DNA of 64,000 bases from Octopus sinensis (lineage: Eukaryota). This document shows, piece after piece, positions 53,154 to 64,000 of this stretch. Where the stretch lies: positions 197,036,001 to 197,100,000 of the forward strand of contig NC_042997.1 of assembly GCF_006345805.1 (NCBI RefSeq). The letters are read 5' to 3'. The first letter of the stretch is position 1, and each line of letters begins with the position of its first letter. The translations under genes were made by a program, and so were the position numbers. Below the pieces are notes generated by a model that had not been told where the DNA came from, did not search any database, and worked only from the letters and a program-made list of their open reading frames with translations.

Positions 53154-54270
53154 GAGAGAGAGAGAGAGAGATGAGAGAGCGAGTGAGACAGAGAGAGGGG
53201 GACAGACAGACAACAAGTGGAAGAGAGAACACATCAAATAGGTTTTGCTTGTATCCATTTTCTAGACTAAACTTGGAACATAGTACGAATATGTCGTGCT
53301 CTTTTCTTTATGTAAATACACAAAAACACGTGGAGTTTTGAGTACGAAATGTTTGTCTTACAATTTAAAGTAAAATCTTACTATATATATATATATATAT
53401 ATATACACACCTATATATAGTTTTATATGTATACATACATATCTATATACTTATACACACACATACACACCTATATATATATATGTATAAATTGTACTTC
53501 ATGTTAGAAAGTCGGAATTGAGATTTGCAGTTTTAGTTGATAATAATTTATAGGTTTAGAGGATGAATTTTCTTAAAGATTCATATGTGGTATATGAGAG
53601 TATATATTTCATTCCCATATCAAGAATATTAATTTTATAGAACCCATGTGCCGAATATTTAATTAAGACACTATATTTCTGTTCCGAATCCTGGCTGAAT
53701 AAATGCTGAACTCCGTACCAGAAAATTCATGAAAATTCTATTAAATAAAACATTTATCCACATTTTCTGTGTTAATTATTCATATTTCTGGTTCGTTACC
53801 AACGTGTATACATGTGTTTGTGTATATATACATATATGTGTGTGCGCGTGTATGTTTGTGAGTGTACTATGTTTGTATGTGTGTGCGTATGACACATAAA
53901 ATCATTCCTGTATACTTCAAGCCACCGATCTTTGTATGCATTCAAAACTGTTATTACTACAGCTACAGTAAACCTTACAGCGAATAAAACAAACAAACAC
54001 ATACAAGAATGACAATAGACTTGTTACATTCACAGCTGTCAATAGTTATCTTCTGTGTTTTGTTTTCTGGTTGTTTTTTTCTTTCATTTTTTTTTTTTTT
54101 AAATAAACTCCGGAAAGAAAATATTTCACTAGTTTGCATCCGTGCAACCACGTTACAAGAAGCGATAACAGAGAAGCTCAGAAAATAATTCACGCTAGCA
54201 TAGCCAATTCATACAATCTGAAGGCTGTTTGTTTTGTTAATCTGAACATTTATACGGCGTCAATGAAAAC

Positions 54271-54341
54271 GTAAGTTTTTGTTGAAATCTCTCACTTTTT
54301 CTGCTAATTTTTCTGGTTTATTTTCTTCTTGTCTTTTTCAG
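54271..54341 (+). other. Candidate 71-nt GT-AG intron
   Basis: GTAAGT donor, GCTAAT branch-like motif (54303-54308), AG-free pyrimidine tract and TTTTTCAG acceptor, in non-repeat sequence. Confidence 0.5.
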
Positions 54342-54619
54342 AATACACACGTGATCGAATACAGACTACGTCAAGATCACTACGAAAACATTGCACACAC
54401 AGATTTTAAGGAATACAGCAATAGGAGCAGTAGTTGGCACAAAAAAGGAACATCAACATCAACAAGTAAAAGAAAACAAAGGCGGTTTTATATGGGTGAG
54501 GGCCATGCCAGCAATAACAATCAGATCTCTTTTAAATCTCGTCTTTTCATTACAAAGATAACCAATATGAAATATACTTTAGATTTACCCATTGCCTGTC
54601 CAAAGCATTCTTTCCTTTT

Positions 54620-55150
54620 CTACTCTAGGCACAAGGCCCGAAATTTTGGGGGAGGGAGCCAGTCGATTAGATCGACCACAGTACACAATTGGACTTAATT
54701 TTTCGACCCGGAAAGGATGAAAGGCAAAGTCGACTTCGGCGGAATTTGAACTCAGAACATAAAGACAGACGAAATACCGCTATGAACTTCGCCCGGCATC
54801 CTAACGTTTCTTGTTTTCATATTGCCCACAAGGGGCGAAACACAGAGGGGAGCAAACAAGGACGGACAAAGGGATTAAGTCGATTACATCGACCCCAGTG
54901 CGTAACTGGTACTTAATTTATCGACGCGGATGAAAGGCAAAGTCGACCTCGGTGGAATTTGAACTCAGAACGTAAAGACAGGCGAAATACCGCTATGCTA
55001 ACGTTTCTGCCAGATCGCCGCATTTCCAAAGCGTTTTCATAAGTTTGTCTTCAGAGTTTACGTTTTAATTCAGATTTTCAGTTTGCCTTTCCATGGAATC
55101 GGCTTAATCCTTTTGTCTGTTCTTGTTTGTCCCCTCTATGTTTAGGCCCT
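54620..55150. mobile_element. Multimeric SINE B (-, 54620-55022) plus a + strand SINE-B fragment (55075-55150)
   Basis: Repeated GGATGAAAGGCAAAGTCGAC..GAACTCAGAAC bodies. Confidence 0.85.
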
Positions 55151-55538
55151 TGTGGGCAATAAAGAAATATGAATGGTTAAGAAATACGCTTCGCAACCTT
55201 AACGTACCGAGACCGATCCCAAACAGCCACATCTTGGGCCAATTACATTTTCAGTAACCTCGAGACAATCTCAAACTGTGTTAGTGAAATTTGGGACCTG
55301 GAAACTGTATAGAAACCCAACGGGTGTATTTTACCTCTTAGTCAAATAGTACCACCTTTTTTTTATTACATGCTGCATCGCGCTGAATCTGCCTCAGAAT
55401 TAACTCAGAGGTTAATGTGACCGCCAAAAAAGAACCACGGATGCATTAATTCAGGAAAAGGTGATTCACTTGTCTGAACTACCGAATCCTCACCGTAGAA
55501 CAATAATGAGCACTCTAGTAGTAGTAGTATTAGTAGAG

Positions 55539-55585
<47 letters not shown>

Positions 55586-56375
55586 GGTAGCAACAGCAAT
55601 CAAATCAGTTTCAGAAGCGAAAAATATGATGTAAAAAAAACAAAACAGAACAAATGAAAAGTGGAGTTGGTAACGTTTTTGTTTTGTTTAAATATTGAAA
55701 AAACTTCCTGTATTAATATCGAACACGGAAAGCTTAATTTTTCGTCCATTGTTGGTCTTGATCAACTTCACGTAGTTTGCAATTAATAAATCTCAGACTA
55801 AAAGTTTTATGACAATAAAATAAGTACAGAATTGTTATCACACACAAACACTTATAACGCACACACATATACACTCACCGTGATATAGCTTCATGTATAG
55901 CTACAAAACTGCTCCATTCGACACTCTACGTGGTCTATACTGTCCGGTAGCTTCCCATTCGTGGAATTATCAGATTTCATTGTCGTTTTAAGCATCCCTC
56001 GGGGGTAGTTTTTGTCAACAAATCACCTGAGTTGTTTCTGTTGGTGGAAATTTTTCAACTCAGCATAAAACATATACAAGAGACAGCCATATTAATATGC
56101 AGGACGTTCACTGCAGGTCTTTCCGCCTCGGTTCCAGACAGACACACAAACACTACATAGATCTTTGTGTGTGAGTGTGTGTGAGTGTGGGAGTGCATGT
56201 TTCTGTGTGTGTCAGTGTGTCCCGATGTGTATATTTCAGTATCATATGTTAGAGTTTACAAATACAATACTTATAATACTCTGTAACTGCTAATGTGCAT
56301 CGGTATTGTGTATTATAGATATTCCTGCTATATTATACAGATATATCAAAATATACATATACAGATGTATGTATG

Positions 56376-56442
<67 letters not shown>

Positions 56443-56451
56443 ATATATATA

Positions 56452-56627
56452 TATAAGGGAAAGTTTACGAAAATAAACAAAAAACGAAGGCAGGTGGAAT
56501 ACAAACAAACAGATGTATTAGTATAGCGCTCAGGAATAGAAAAAGTGTTTACGTTTCGAGCCTACGCTCTTCTACAGAAAGGGCCACAGAAAAAAACAAG
56601 GAGAGAAAAAAATGTGTGTAGTGGCTA
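56452..56627 (-). mobile_element. Penelope-like hammerhead repeat (copy d; core 56550-56577)
   Basis: rc CTGTAGA-A-GAGC-GTAG-GCTC-GAAACGTA; closely similar to copies a and b. Confidence 0.7.
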
Positions 56628-57039
56628 TTTGTGATATGTCTTTGGGTGTATATGTTTGTACGTGTGTTATATGTGTGTGTGTGTGTGTGCATGTTTGTGT
56701 ACGTGTGTATTATCAAAGAATATTTAAGGAAAACATATAGTCCTATATATAAATGCATGTCTACTTCATGATATGAACTATTTACTACATATGAAATAAG
56801 GAAAAAATTGTTTCATGTATTACAGATATGTATTTCCAGTCAAGTGACTTGATGTGAGATCGTGTGTTGAAACAAAAACATTCGGTGCGTGGAAGATGCT
56901 TGTAAGGTTATAAACATCTTCCACGCTGCAATTGTTTCATGTACCTATCTCTTTGTCGCTTTTCCGAACATTATACAGGCAAGCAAATTCAAAATACACA
57001 CACTCACACACATACACAAAACCATACACACACACACTG

Positions 57040-57695
57040 ATGAGACCCCCTTCGGTCATGACTGACCATAGAATTGCACCTAGAAATTTACCCTTCCAGG
57101 CACACGTCCGGGCAAGGCTTTTTATGGAAGACCAGCAGTCCCTCATGCATACAAGCTTCCTTTCTCCACGCCACCAGTGTTATTCAAGGGAAAGGCAAAG
57201 GCCGATACAGCTTGGCACCTGTGACGTCACAACCTATTTTTGCAGCTGAGTGAACTGGATCAACGTGAAATAAAGTGTCTTGCTCAAGAACACAACACGC
57301 GGCCCGGTCTGGGATTCGAACTCACAACCTGACGATCGTAAGATCGACGCTCTAACCACTGAACCATGCGCCTTCAGTAACACACACACACAAATAGATA
57401 GATATATAAAGACGAATATAGGATAAAGTCGAATAACCGTGAGATTGCACTTAGAAAGTTCTTCTCGGAACAAGTCCGTGAAATGTTGTTAGTGGGAGAC
57501 CTGCAGTCGCCCACGTAGGCAAATATCCCCTCTCTACTGATATTCATCTAGAAAAAGGCAAGGGCCAATACAGATTGGCTTCAGCGACATCGCAACTAAC
57601 TTCTACGGCTGAGTGAACTCGAGCAACGTGTAATAAAGTGTCTTGCTCATGCACACTACACGCATCACGGTCCGGAATTTGAACTCACAACCACT
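57040..57695 (-). mobile_element. SINE C full copy (57040-57376) and a second partial copy (57495-57695)
   Basis: tRNA head plus a CORE-like block (rc GTGTTCTTGAGCAAGACACTTTATTTCACG..CAGTTCACTCAGCTG). Confidence 0.85.
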
Positions 57696-57709
57696 GTGTT
57701 TGTATGCAT

Positions 57710-58325
57710 AAGTATGTGTTGTGTATCGTTTTTCTGTTTTGTCCTCCACCACAACTTCACAACCGGTCTTGGTTTGTTTACATCCCCTAAACAAGCGGTT
57801 CAATATAAAGAGACAGTCGAATGAGTAACAGTCTTAAAAATGAATAAGGTGCAGGCGTGGGTGCGTGGTAAGATGCTTGATTCCCAACCACATAGTTGTG
57901 GGTTCCGTCCCATTGCGTGGAGCCTTGGGTAAGTGCCTTCTAGTATAGTCTCGGGCCAACCAAATCCTCGTAAAGGGATTTGGTAGACGGAAACTGAAAG
58001 AAGACCGTCGAGTATATATATATGTATATGTTTGTGTGTGTGTTTATACCCCTACCATCGCTTGACAACCAATGTTGGTGTGCTTACGTCCCCGAAACTC
58101 AGCGGTTTGGCAAAAGAGACCGGTGAAATTAATGCTAGGCTTATTAAGAATAAGGCCTGGGGATCGATTCGTTTGCCGAAAGTGGGTGCTCCAGCACGGC
58201 CGCAGTCAAATGCCTGAAACAAGTTTAAAAAAAAGCAATTGGCTCGACTAATTTGTTTGAAAATTCTTCAATACATTGCTCCAGTATGGCCTCACTCTAA
58301 TGACTGAAACACGTAAAATATAAAA
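57710..58325 (+). mobile_element. SINE A fragments and one full diverged copy (57847-58224)
   Basis: Family motifs. Confidence 0.75.
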
Positions 58326-58532
58326 CATGTATTCATTAGATAATGATAGTAGCTAAAAACGTAACAATGGCCTCTTGTTTAGACTTCCGTTTCGTCTGAC
58401 GATGTCAAATATTTTCAATTAAATGAAACGTTTCGTACAAAAGACGAAACGATAGCATATTAGGTTTTATAAAAACTAGTTCCGCTAGTCTGCAACGTAA
58501 ATGTGCTTACACGAGCACATCTATTGGCCGGC

Positions 58533-58945
58533 AGGCGGCGAGCTGGCAGAAACGTTAGCGCGCCGAACGAAATGCTTAGCGATATTTCGTCTGCGTTACG
58601 TTGTGAGTTCAAATTCCGCCGAGGTCGACTTTGCCTTTCATCCTTTCGGGGTCGATAAATTAAGTACCAGTTACGCACTGGGGGTCAATATAATCGACTT
58701 AATACCTATGTCTGTCCTTGTTTGTCCCCTCTATGTTTAGCCCCTTGTGGGTAATAAAGAAATAGGTATTTCGTCTGTCGTTACGTTCTGAGTTCAAATT
58801 CCGCCGGGGTAGACTTTGCCTTTCATCCTCTCGGGGTCGATAAATAAAGTACCAGTTACGCACTGGGGTCGATGTAATCGACTTAATACCTATGTCTGTC
58901 CTTGTTTGTCCCCTCTATGCTTAGCTCATTGTGGGCAATAAAGAA
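58533..58945 (+). mobile_element. Dimeric SINE B, near consensus
   Basis: Full unit plus a head-truncated unit joined at TAATAAAGAAATA|GGTATTTCG. Confidence 0.92.
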
Positions 58946-59219
58946 ATATATATCTATTGGCCGGCCTCCTCGTGTGAAAATGTATATGCTTAGGTTAGTC
59001 TGCAGGTGTGTCACCGTTTCGCGTATGTCTATGAAAATCTGTAGTTTGCGTGCGCATCTTTGTACGTATACGTATGTAACTAGGTGTGCATGTATCTGTG
59101 TACACAAACACACACACACACACGCACATACGTGCACACACTTACACACACATATCATCTGTTATCTTTTGTTTTTGTTATTGGACGCTGACCAAGCTTT
59201 CAAACAGGTCGACCCCACT

Positions 59220-59375
59220 ACTTAGTTCCTTTACTCTTTTACTTCTTTCAGTCACTTCACTGCAGCCATACTGGAGCACCTCCTTCAGTCGAACAAAGGA
59301 CCTGTTCTTTATTAACCTACTACTTATTCGATCGGTCTCTTGTGCTGAAACACTAAATTTCGGGGACATAAACAT
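59220..59375 (-). mobile_element. SINE A tail fragment
   Basis: TTTACTCTTTTACTTCTTTCAGTC..GGAGCACC. Confidence 0.7.
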
Positions 59376-59527
59376 TCTCTCCCTGTGATATTTTTTCCCA
59401 CTTTTTCCTCGTTTCTGACGAAGAGCGCAGGCTCGAAACGTAAAAGACTTCCATTTTTCCCGAGCGTCAAACTAATACACTTGCTTGTTCCTACACCTGT
59501 CTCCGTCTTTCTATAAATTTCTATTGC
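59376..59527 (+). mobile_element. Penelope-like hammerhead repeat (copy e)
   Basis: Homologous to copies a-d and f. Confidence 0.65.
59412..59445 (+). ncRNA. Minimal type-I hammerhead ribozyme motif
   Basis: TTT-CTGACGA-A-GAGC-GCAG-GCTC-GAAAC-GTA-AAA: canonical core, 4-bp stem II, palindromic ACGT stem III, GUA triplet (59440-59442); stem I only 3 bp. Confidence 0.55.
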
Positions 59528-59922
59528 TTTTCTTGTTATTCAATAAATTTCATACATATAATTATATAGTTACATATGTAAGTATGAATATAAATATATC
59601 AATACAATGTAGATGAGATGAAGTAGAGTTATCTGTGCGTGGTATATGATTGGATGTCTTATTTGCAGAGTAGATTAGAATAGAATTTTAAAAGAAATTA
59701 CGAAAAAAACACCCCAGAAAACCTCGGTAATGTGTGAGATTATTTACAGCATGAAAAGCCTTCCAGAATGTTGATTACGTGGGAGCACACAGCTGTCTCA
59801 TAAAGCAGTTCCAGGTTATGCGAATACAAACTGATTCTGTAAGAAACAACGCTGGAACAATGATACGGTTTATATATATATATATATATTACTTACACAA
59901 ATACATTTAAATATATATATAC

Positions 59923-59953
<31 letters not shown>

Positions 59954-59978
59954 CACACATATATATCTCGATACATGC

Positions 59979-60011
<33 letters not shown>

Positions 60012-60128
60012 TATATATATCTCGATACATGCATGTATATATACATACATATATATATATATGCAAACACATTTACTTATATATATACATACTGTTGTAT
60101 ATGAATGTATGTGAACATATATATATAT

Positions 60129-60206
<78 letters not shown>

Positions 60207-60331
60207 GTGCGTGTGCTGGCGTGTATCTCACGCAACATGGTTGAAGTCTAGTAATGCCGTTGGTAGAATATGTAGGGAGGAAGATGATAAAACATGATAT
60301 GATATATATATATATATACACACATACATAC

Positions 60332-60415
<84 letters not shown>

Positions 60416-60503
60416 GCATATACTTATCTTATTTTTTGTATACACATACAGAAATATATAAATGTGTATACATGTATGTGTATATCTACATTTATACGCG
60501 CAT

Positions 60504-60541
<38 letters not shown>

Positions 60542-61112
60542 GGTGATTTCTATATATTTTGTTACATTTTTTACGCTATTCTTCCGTATATTATTCGCTT
60601 CTTTGTTTCTTTATTTTCCACCATTTTGTGTCTGCTGAATTTCTTTTTCTTTTTTATGCGTTTCCTGTTTTCGTTCTTCGAGTCATTCCTGCCGAAGTCT
60701 TCTTCCTTTTCTTTTCTTTTCTTTTCTTTCTCACTCATTTTTTTCTTCTAATTTCCTTTGCTCATTCGTTTATTTGTATTTATGAATATTATTCTTTCTA
60801 TCTGTCAGATTGTATTATCTATGTCTATATCTGCTCGTATATCTTTTATTTTGATCTATCATTTTTCGCCAACTACATCGCTCATTCTCCGTACAACAAA
60901 CGTATCATGATGTTGCATTAGCTGTTTATTCACGCATAATGTTTAAAGATATTGCATCGTTTGTATTTGATTAAATTTATATTTTAATTGAAAACTATTC
61001 AATAGAAAACAGACAGAAATATATTTGAAGAGAGAAAGAAAAAAATCCTTCTTTAAGAATTTGTTTTTACTGGAAACGTTGTTAGAGATGGTAGGGGGAA
61101 ATCAGAGCTGTG

Positions 61113-61143
61113 ATCGTCCTGACGATGATGATGGTGATGATGA

Positions 61144-61175
<32 letters not shown>

Positions 61176-61950
61176 ATGAGGAGGGTGCTGGTGGTAGGGT
61201 GGATATTCTGCTTGAGTTTATGCTAATTATGATGCTGCTTCTGATGAGTATTATTTTGCAGCTGTTGCTGTGGTTGCTGTTGTAGCTGCTGTTTCTACAG
61301 CTGAAGACAACTATGATGATGATGACGATGATGATGATGATGATGATGGCGGCGGTGGTGGTGGTGGTGGTGATAGTGATGATGATGATAATGATGATGA
61401 TGATGATCATCATCATTATGACGATGACGACGGTATTGGTGATGATGATGATGATGACGATAGCAACAATGAAGACAACGATTATAGCTGTGGGAAACGT
61501 GAAGACTTTGATGAAGATGATGACGACGATGATGATGATGACAACGACTACGATGACAATGACGACGGTGCCGCTGTTCTTGTTGCTAGGTGATGGTGAT
61601 AATAACAATAACAACGACGATAAGAACGAATGGGCGTCGACGATGATGACGATCATGAGCATGATGAGAGGAAGATGATGAGGATGAGGATGATGTTGAT
61701 GATGATAATAATGATGATGATGATGATGGTGATGAGAACGATGAGAATGTGAGCGTTGAGGTCTACAGCGACGACGACGACGACGATGGTGATGATGATG
61801 GTAATGTTGATGATGACGATGATGATGAGGATGGTAATGATGACGATGATGATGATGATGATGACGATGATGATGATGACTACGACGACGCCGAAGAGAA
61901 TGATGATAACGATCATGAACAAGGCCATCATGATGATTATTTTAACGATG
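61113..61950. repeat. Degenerate (GAT/GAC/GGT)n tract
   Basis: Directly visible; yields the poly-Asp, poly-Met and poly-Ile ORFs in the track. Confidence 0.9.
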
Positions 61951-62169
61951 AGAATTTAATTGATTGCTGGCTATGTATGTGATCGAATTCATTGATCGAT
62001 ATCAAGAGTGAGCTAACGATGGAAACAGAAGTCTTAGGAATAGAGCAACATTCACAAACACATATCGAACATCGATTATGTTTGGCGATATTAACGACCG
62101 GAACGGAAAAAAAAAATCAATTATGAGAAAATAATGATACTAATGGTAACTAAGTAAATTAGACCAGGG

Positions 62170-62330
62170 CTTATTCTTCGTAAGCCAAGATCTTATTCTA
62201 TCGGTCTCTTTTGCTGAACAGCTATTTTTACGGGGGCGTAAACAAACCACCATCGGTTTTCAAACGATGTTCGGGGAAAGATACAGATAGACACACACAC
62301 ACATTCACACACGAACTCACACAACCACAC
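62170..62330 (-). mobile_element. SINE A tail fragment
   Basis: CTTATTCTATCGGTCTCTTTTGCTGAAC..CATCGGTT. Confidence 0.65.
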
Positions 62331-62513
62331 ATATGCATACATGGTGATTGCTTACTCCTTATGCACAGTTTCACCATCTCTCTTGTATTTGCATCCTAAA
62401 TCTATCATGGCGTTTGATGAGGCTTTTAAAACTAAATAATGTTTTGAAAACACACCCATATATAAACATACATACATACATACATACGTACGTACGTACG
62501 TACGTGTGTGTGT

Positions 62514-62672
62514 GCATAGTTCAAATTTACAGAAAAAATAGGAAGAAGGCAGGTGAAGGAATAACAAACAGTTATATTAGTTTAACACTCGTGAAGAATA
62601 GAAAAGTCTTTGACATTTCGGGCTTACTCTCTTCGACAGGACGAAGAAAATCTGAGAGAGAAAAATATATGA
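62514..62672 (-). mobile_element. Penelope-like hammerhead repeat (copy f; core 62612-62639)
   Basis: rc CTGTCGA-A-GAGA-GTAA-GCCC-GAAATGTC-AAAGAC. Confidence 0.6.
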
Positions 62673-63056
62673 TGAAATGGTTGTTCCAAGTTTTCTTTCA
62701 GAATAATTGCTTTTAGTCCATGCAATACCCTTAAAAATTTTCTTTGTGTATATGCAATGTATATGCATTTTTGAGGGACTACTTATTGTTGTATCTACTC
62801 CTCATCCTAAAACTGAGGCACAAAATTTGACACTCTGTAGTAGATCCCTATTCGAAAATATTGTAGCATGGTTGTAAGTTCCGAGTGGAGATTTCTTGTA
62901 AATATAACTATGTTAAATTGCATCACATGTGGCATTAGAATGTCACAAACCGAGATTTAATGTGGCAACTGAAACAAGGTTTTGATTCTCACATGAATGT
63001 ATATGACAACTCAATCACTACATAAGATGACATAATTTGGTGTGTTTCTGTCTCAG

Positions 63057-63115
63057 ATATCTTTCACGTTTCCTGTGTATCAATCAGTACTATACGCATG
63101 GTTTAATGGCATGGG
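63057..63115 (+). other. Candidate 59-nt exon
   Basis: Acceptor TTGGTGTGTTTCTGTCTCAG, donor GGG|GTAAGT; two frames open (ISFTFPVYQSVLYAWFNGMG; YLSRFLCINQYYTHGLMAW). Confidence 0.35.
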
Positions 63116-63329
63116 GTAAGTTTTGTCAGATAGGAAATTTCCAGTTGTAAAAGACATCTGACATCGAATAATATAAATTGATATTACGTAAGACGTGATG
63201 TGCAGGTGGTGTATTTAAATACGGTGCATATCCGCGCCAGGCAGAGCACAATATGTTCAATAATCATCCAGAAACAAATATGTACTCACAGTCCCCCACT
63301 AGAAGAGACACACACACATATTTATAACA

Positions 63330-63930
63330 TGCATGTATGTGTATGTATTGTATATAATTATATATATTATATATAATTATATATATATTTATTTAGATAT
63401 ATATATATATACTTATATGCATACATAATATATATATTGAGTATGATATTAGCTGCTTATATATATATGTGTGTGTGTAATATGTATATATTATATATAT
63501 ATATGTATGTATATGAATATATATATATGTATGAGATATGGCATATATATGCCTATGTATGTGTAATATGTATATATATATATTATATATAAGTATAATA
63601 TATGTATATATATAACATATATACATACATATACATACATATATATGTATATATAAGTATATATACACATATTACATGCATATGTATATATAAGTATATA
63701 TTAACACATATATAATGCATTATACATACATATATATGTATATATACGTAATATACGTTATATTATAATATATATAATATATACGTATATATAAGTATAT
63801 ATACACACATATATATATACGTATATATACAGATATATATAAATATAAATACATATATATAAAAACATGTATATATATATATATAAATGCATGCATATAT
63901 ATAAATACATATATGCATGCATATATATTT
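63330..63930. repeat. TA-rich compound microsatellite
   Basis: Directly visible. Confidence 0.9.
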
Positions 63931-63931
63931 A

Positions 63932-64000
63932 CAGTTATCCCTCGACTACTGCGGGTGTTACGTCCCAAAACCTTTCCCGATAGGTGAAAATCCACGAAGT
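63932..64000 (+). mobile_element. Start of a pogo/Tigger-like element, cut by the window edge
   Basis: TA|CAGTTATCCCTCGACTACTGCGGG resembles Tigger-type TIRs. Confidence 0.55.

Noticed and set aside
1560-58945. tRNA-like A/B boxes at SINE heads
   Set aside because: They do not close a cloverleaf and continue into repeat bodies, so they are not tRNA genes.
1805-63995. Dozens of long low-complexity ORFs in the track (poly-Y/I, poly-N, poly-D, CV and HT repeats)
   Set aside because: They are translations of microsatellites that lack stops in some frames; no domain content.
1-64000. CRISPR arrays, prokaryotic operons, rRNA or snRNA genes
   Set aside because: None seen; regularly spaced repeats here are SINE multimers and satellites without unique spacers.

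Overview
AT-rich, repeat-dominated eukaryotic DNA with no confidently identifiable protein-coding, rRNA or tRNA gene. The very dense (TA)n/(CA)n/(AAT)n/(GAT)n/(GATA)n microsatellites and three abundant tRNA-headed SINE families suggest a coleoid cephalopod, most likely Octopus (inference; no database search). The SINEs are called A, B and C here; tRNA-derived OK/OR1/OR2 SINEs are known from octopus, but I cannot map these families to those names. Nearly all ORFs in the track are translated microsatellites or transposon relics. Recognisable relics: a CR1-like LINE piece, two RTE-type LINE 3' ends, two decayed Tc1/mariner transposases, two mariner-derived MITE families, a TIR MITE with a 330-bp internal duplication, an inverted pair of Helentron/DINE-like elements, a ~195-bp foldback, and a ~1.19-kb near-identical tandem duplication. 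The most notable signal is a six-copy, Penelope-like short repeat carrying a minimal hammerhead-ribozyme motif. One copy has a canonical core and five share the same A6-to-U change; two of those five are placed in tandem by the 1.19-kb duplication. A textbook 71-nt intron (54271-54341) and two well-bounded small exon candidates hint at an unannotated + strand transcript. Coordinates were counted by hand, and repeat boundaries are approximate.
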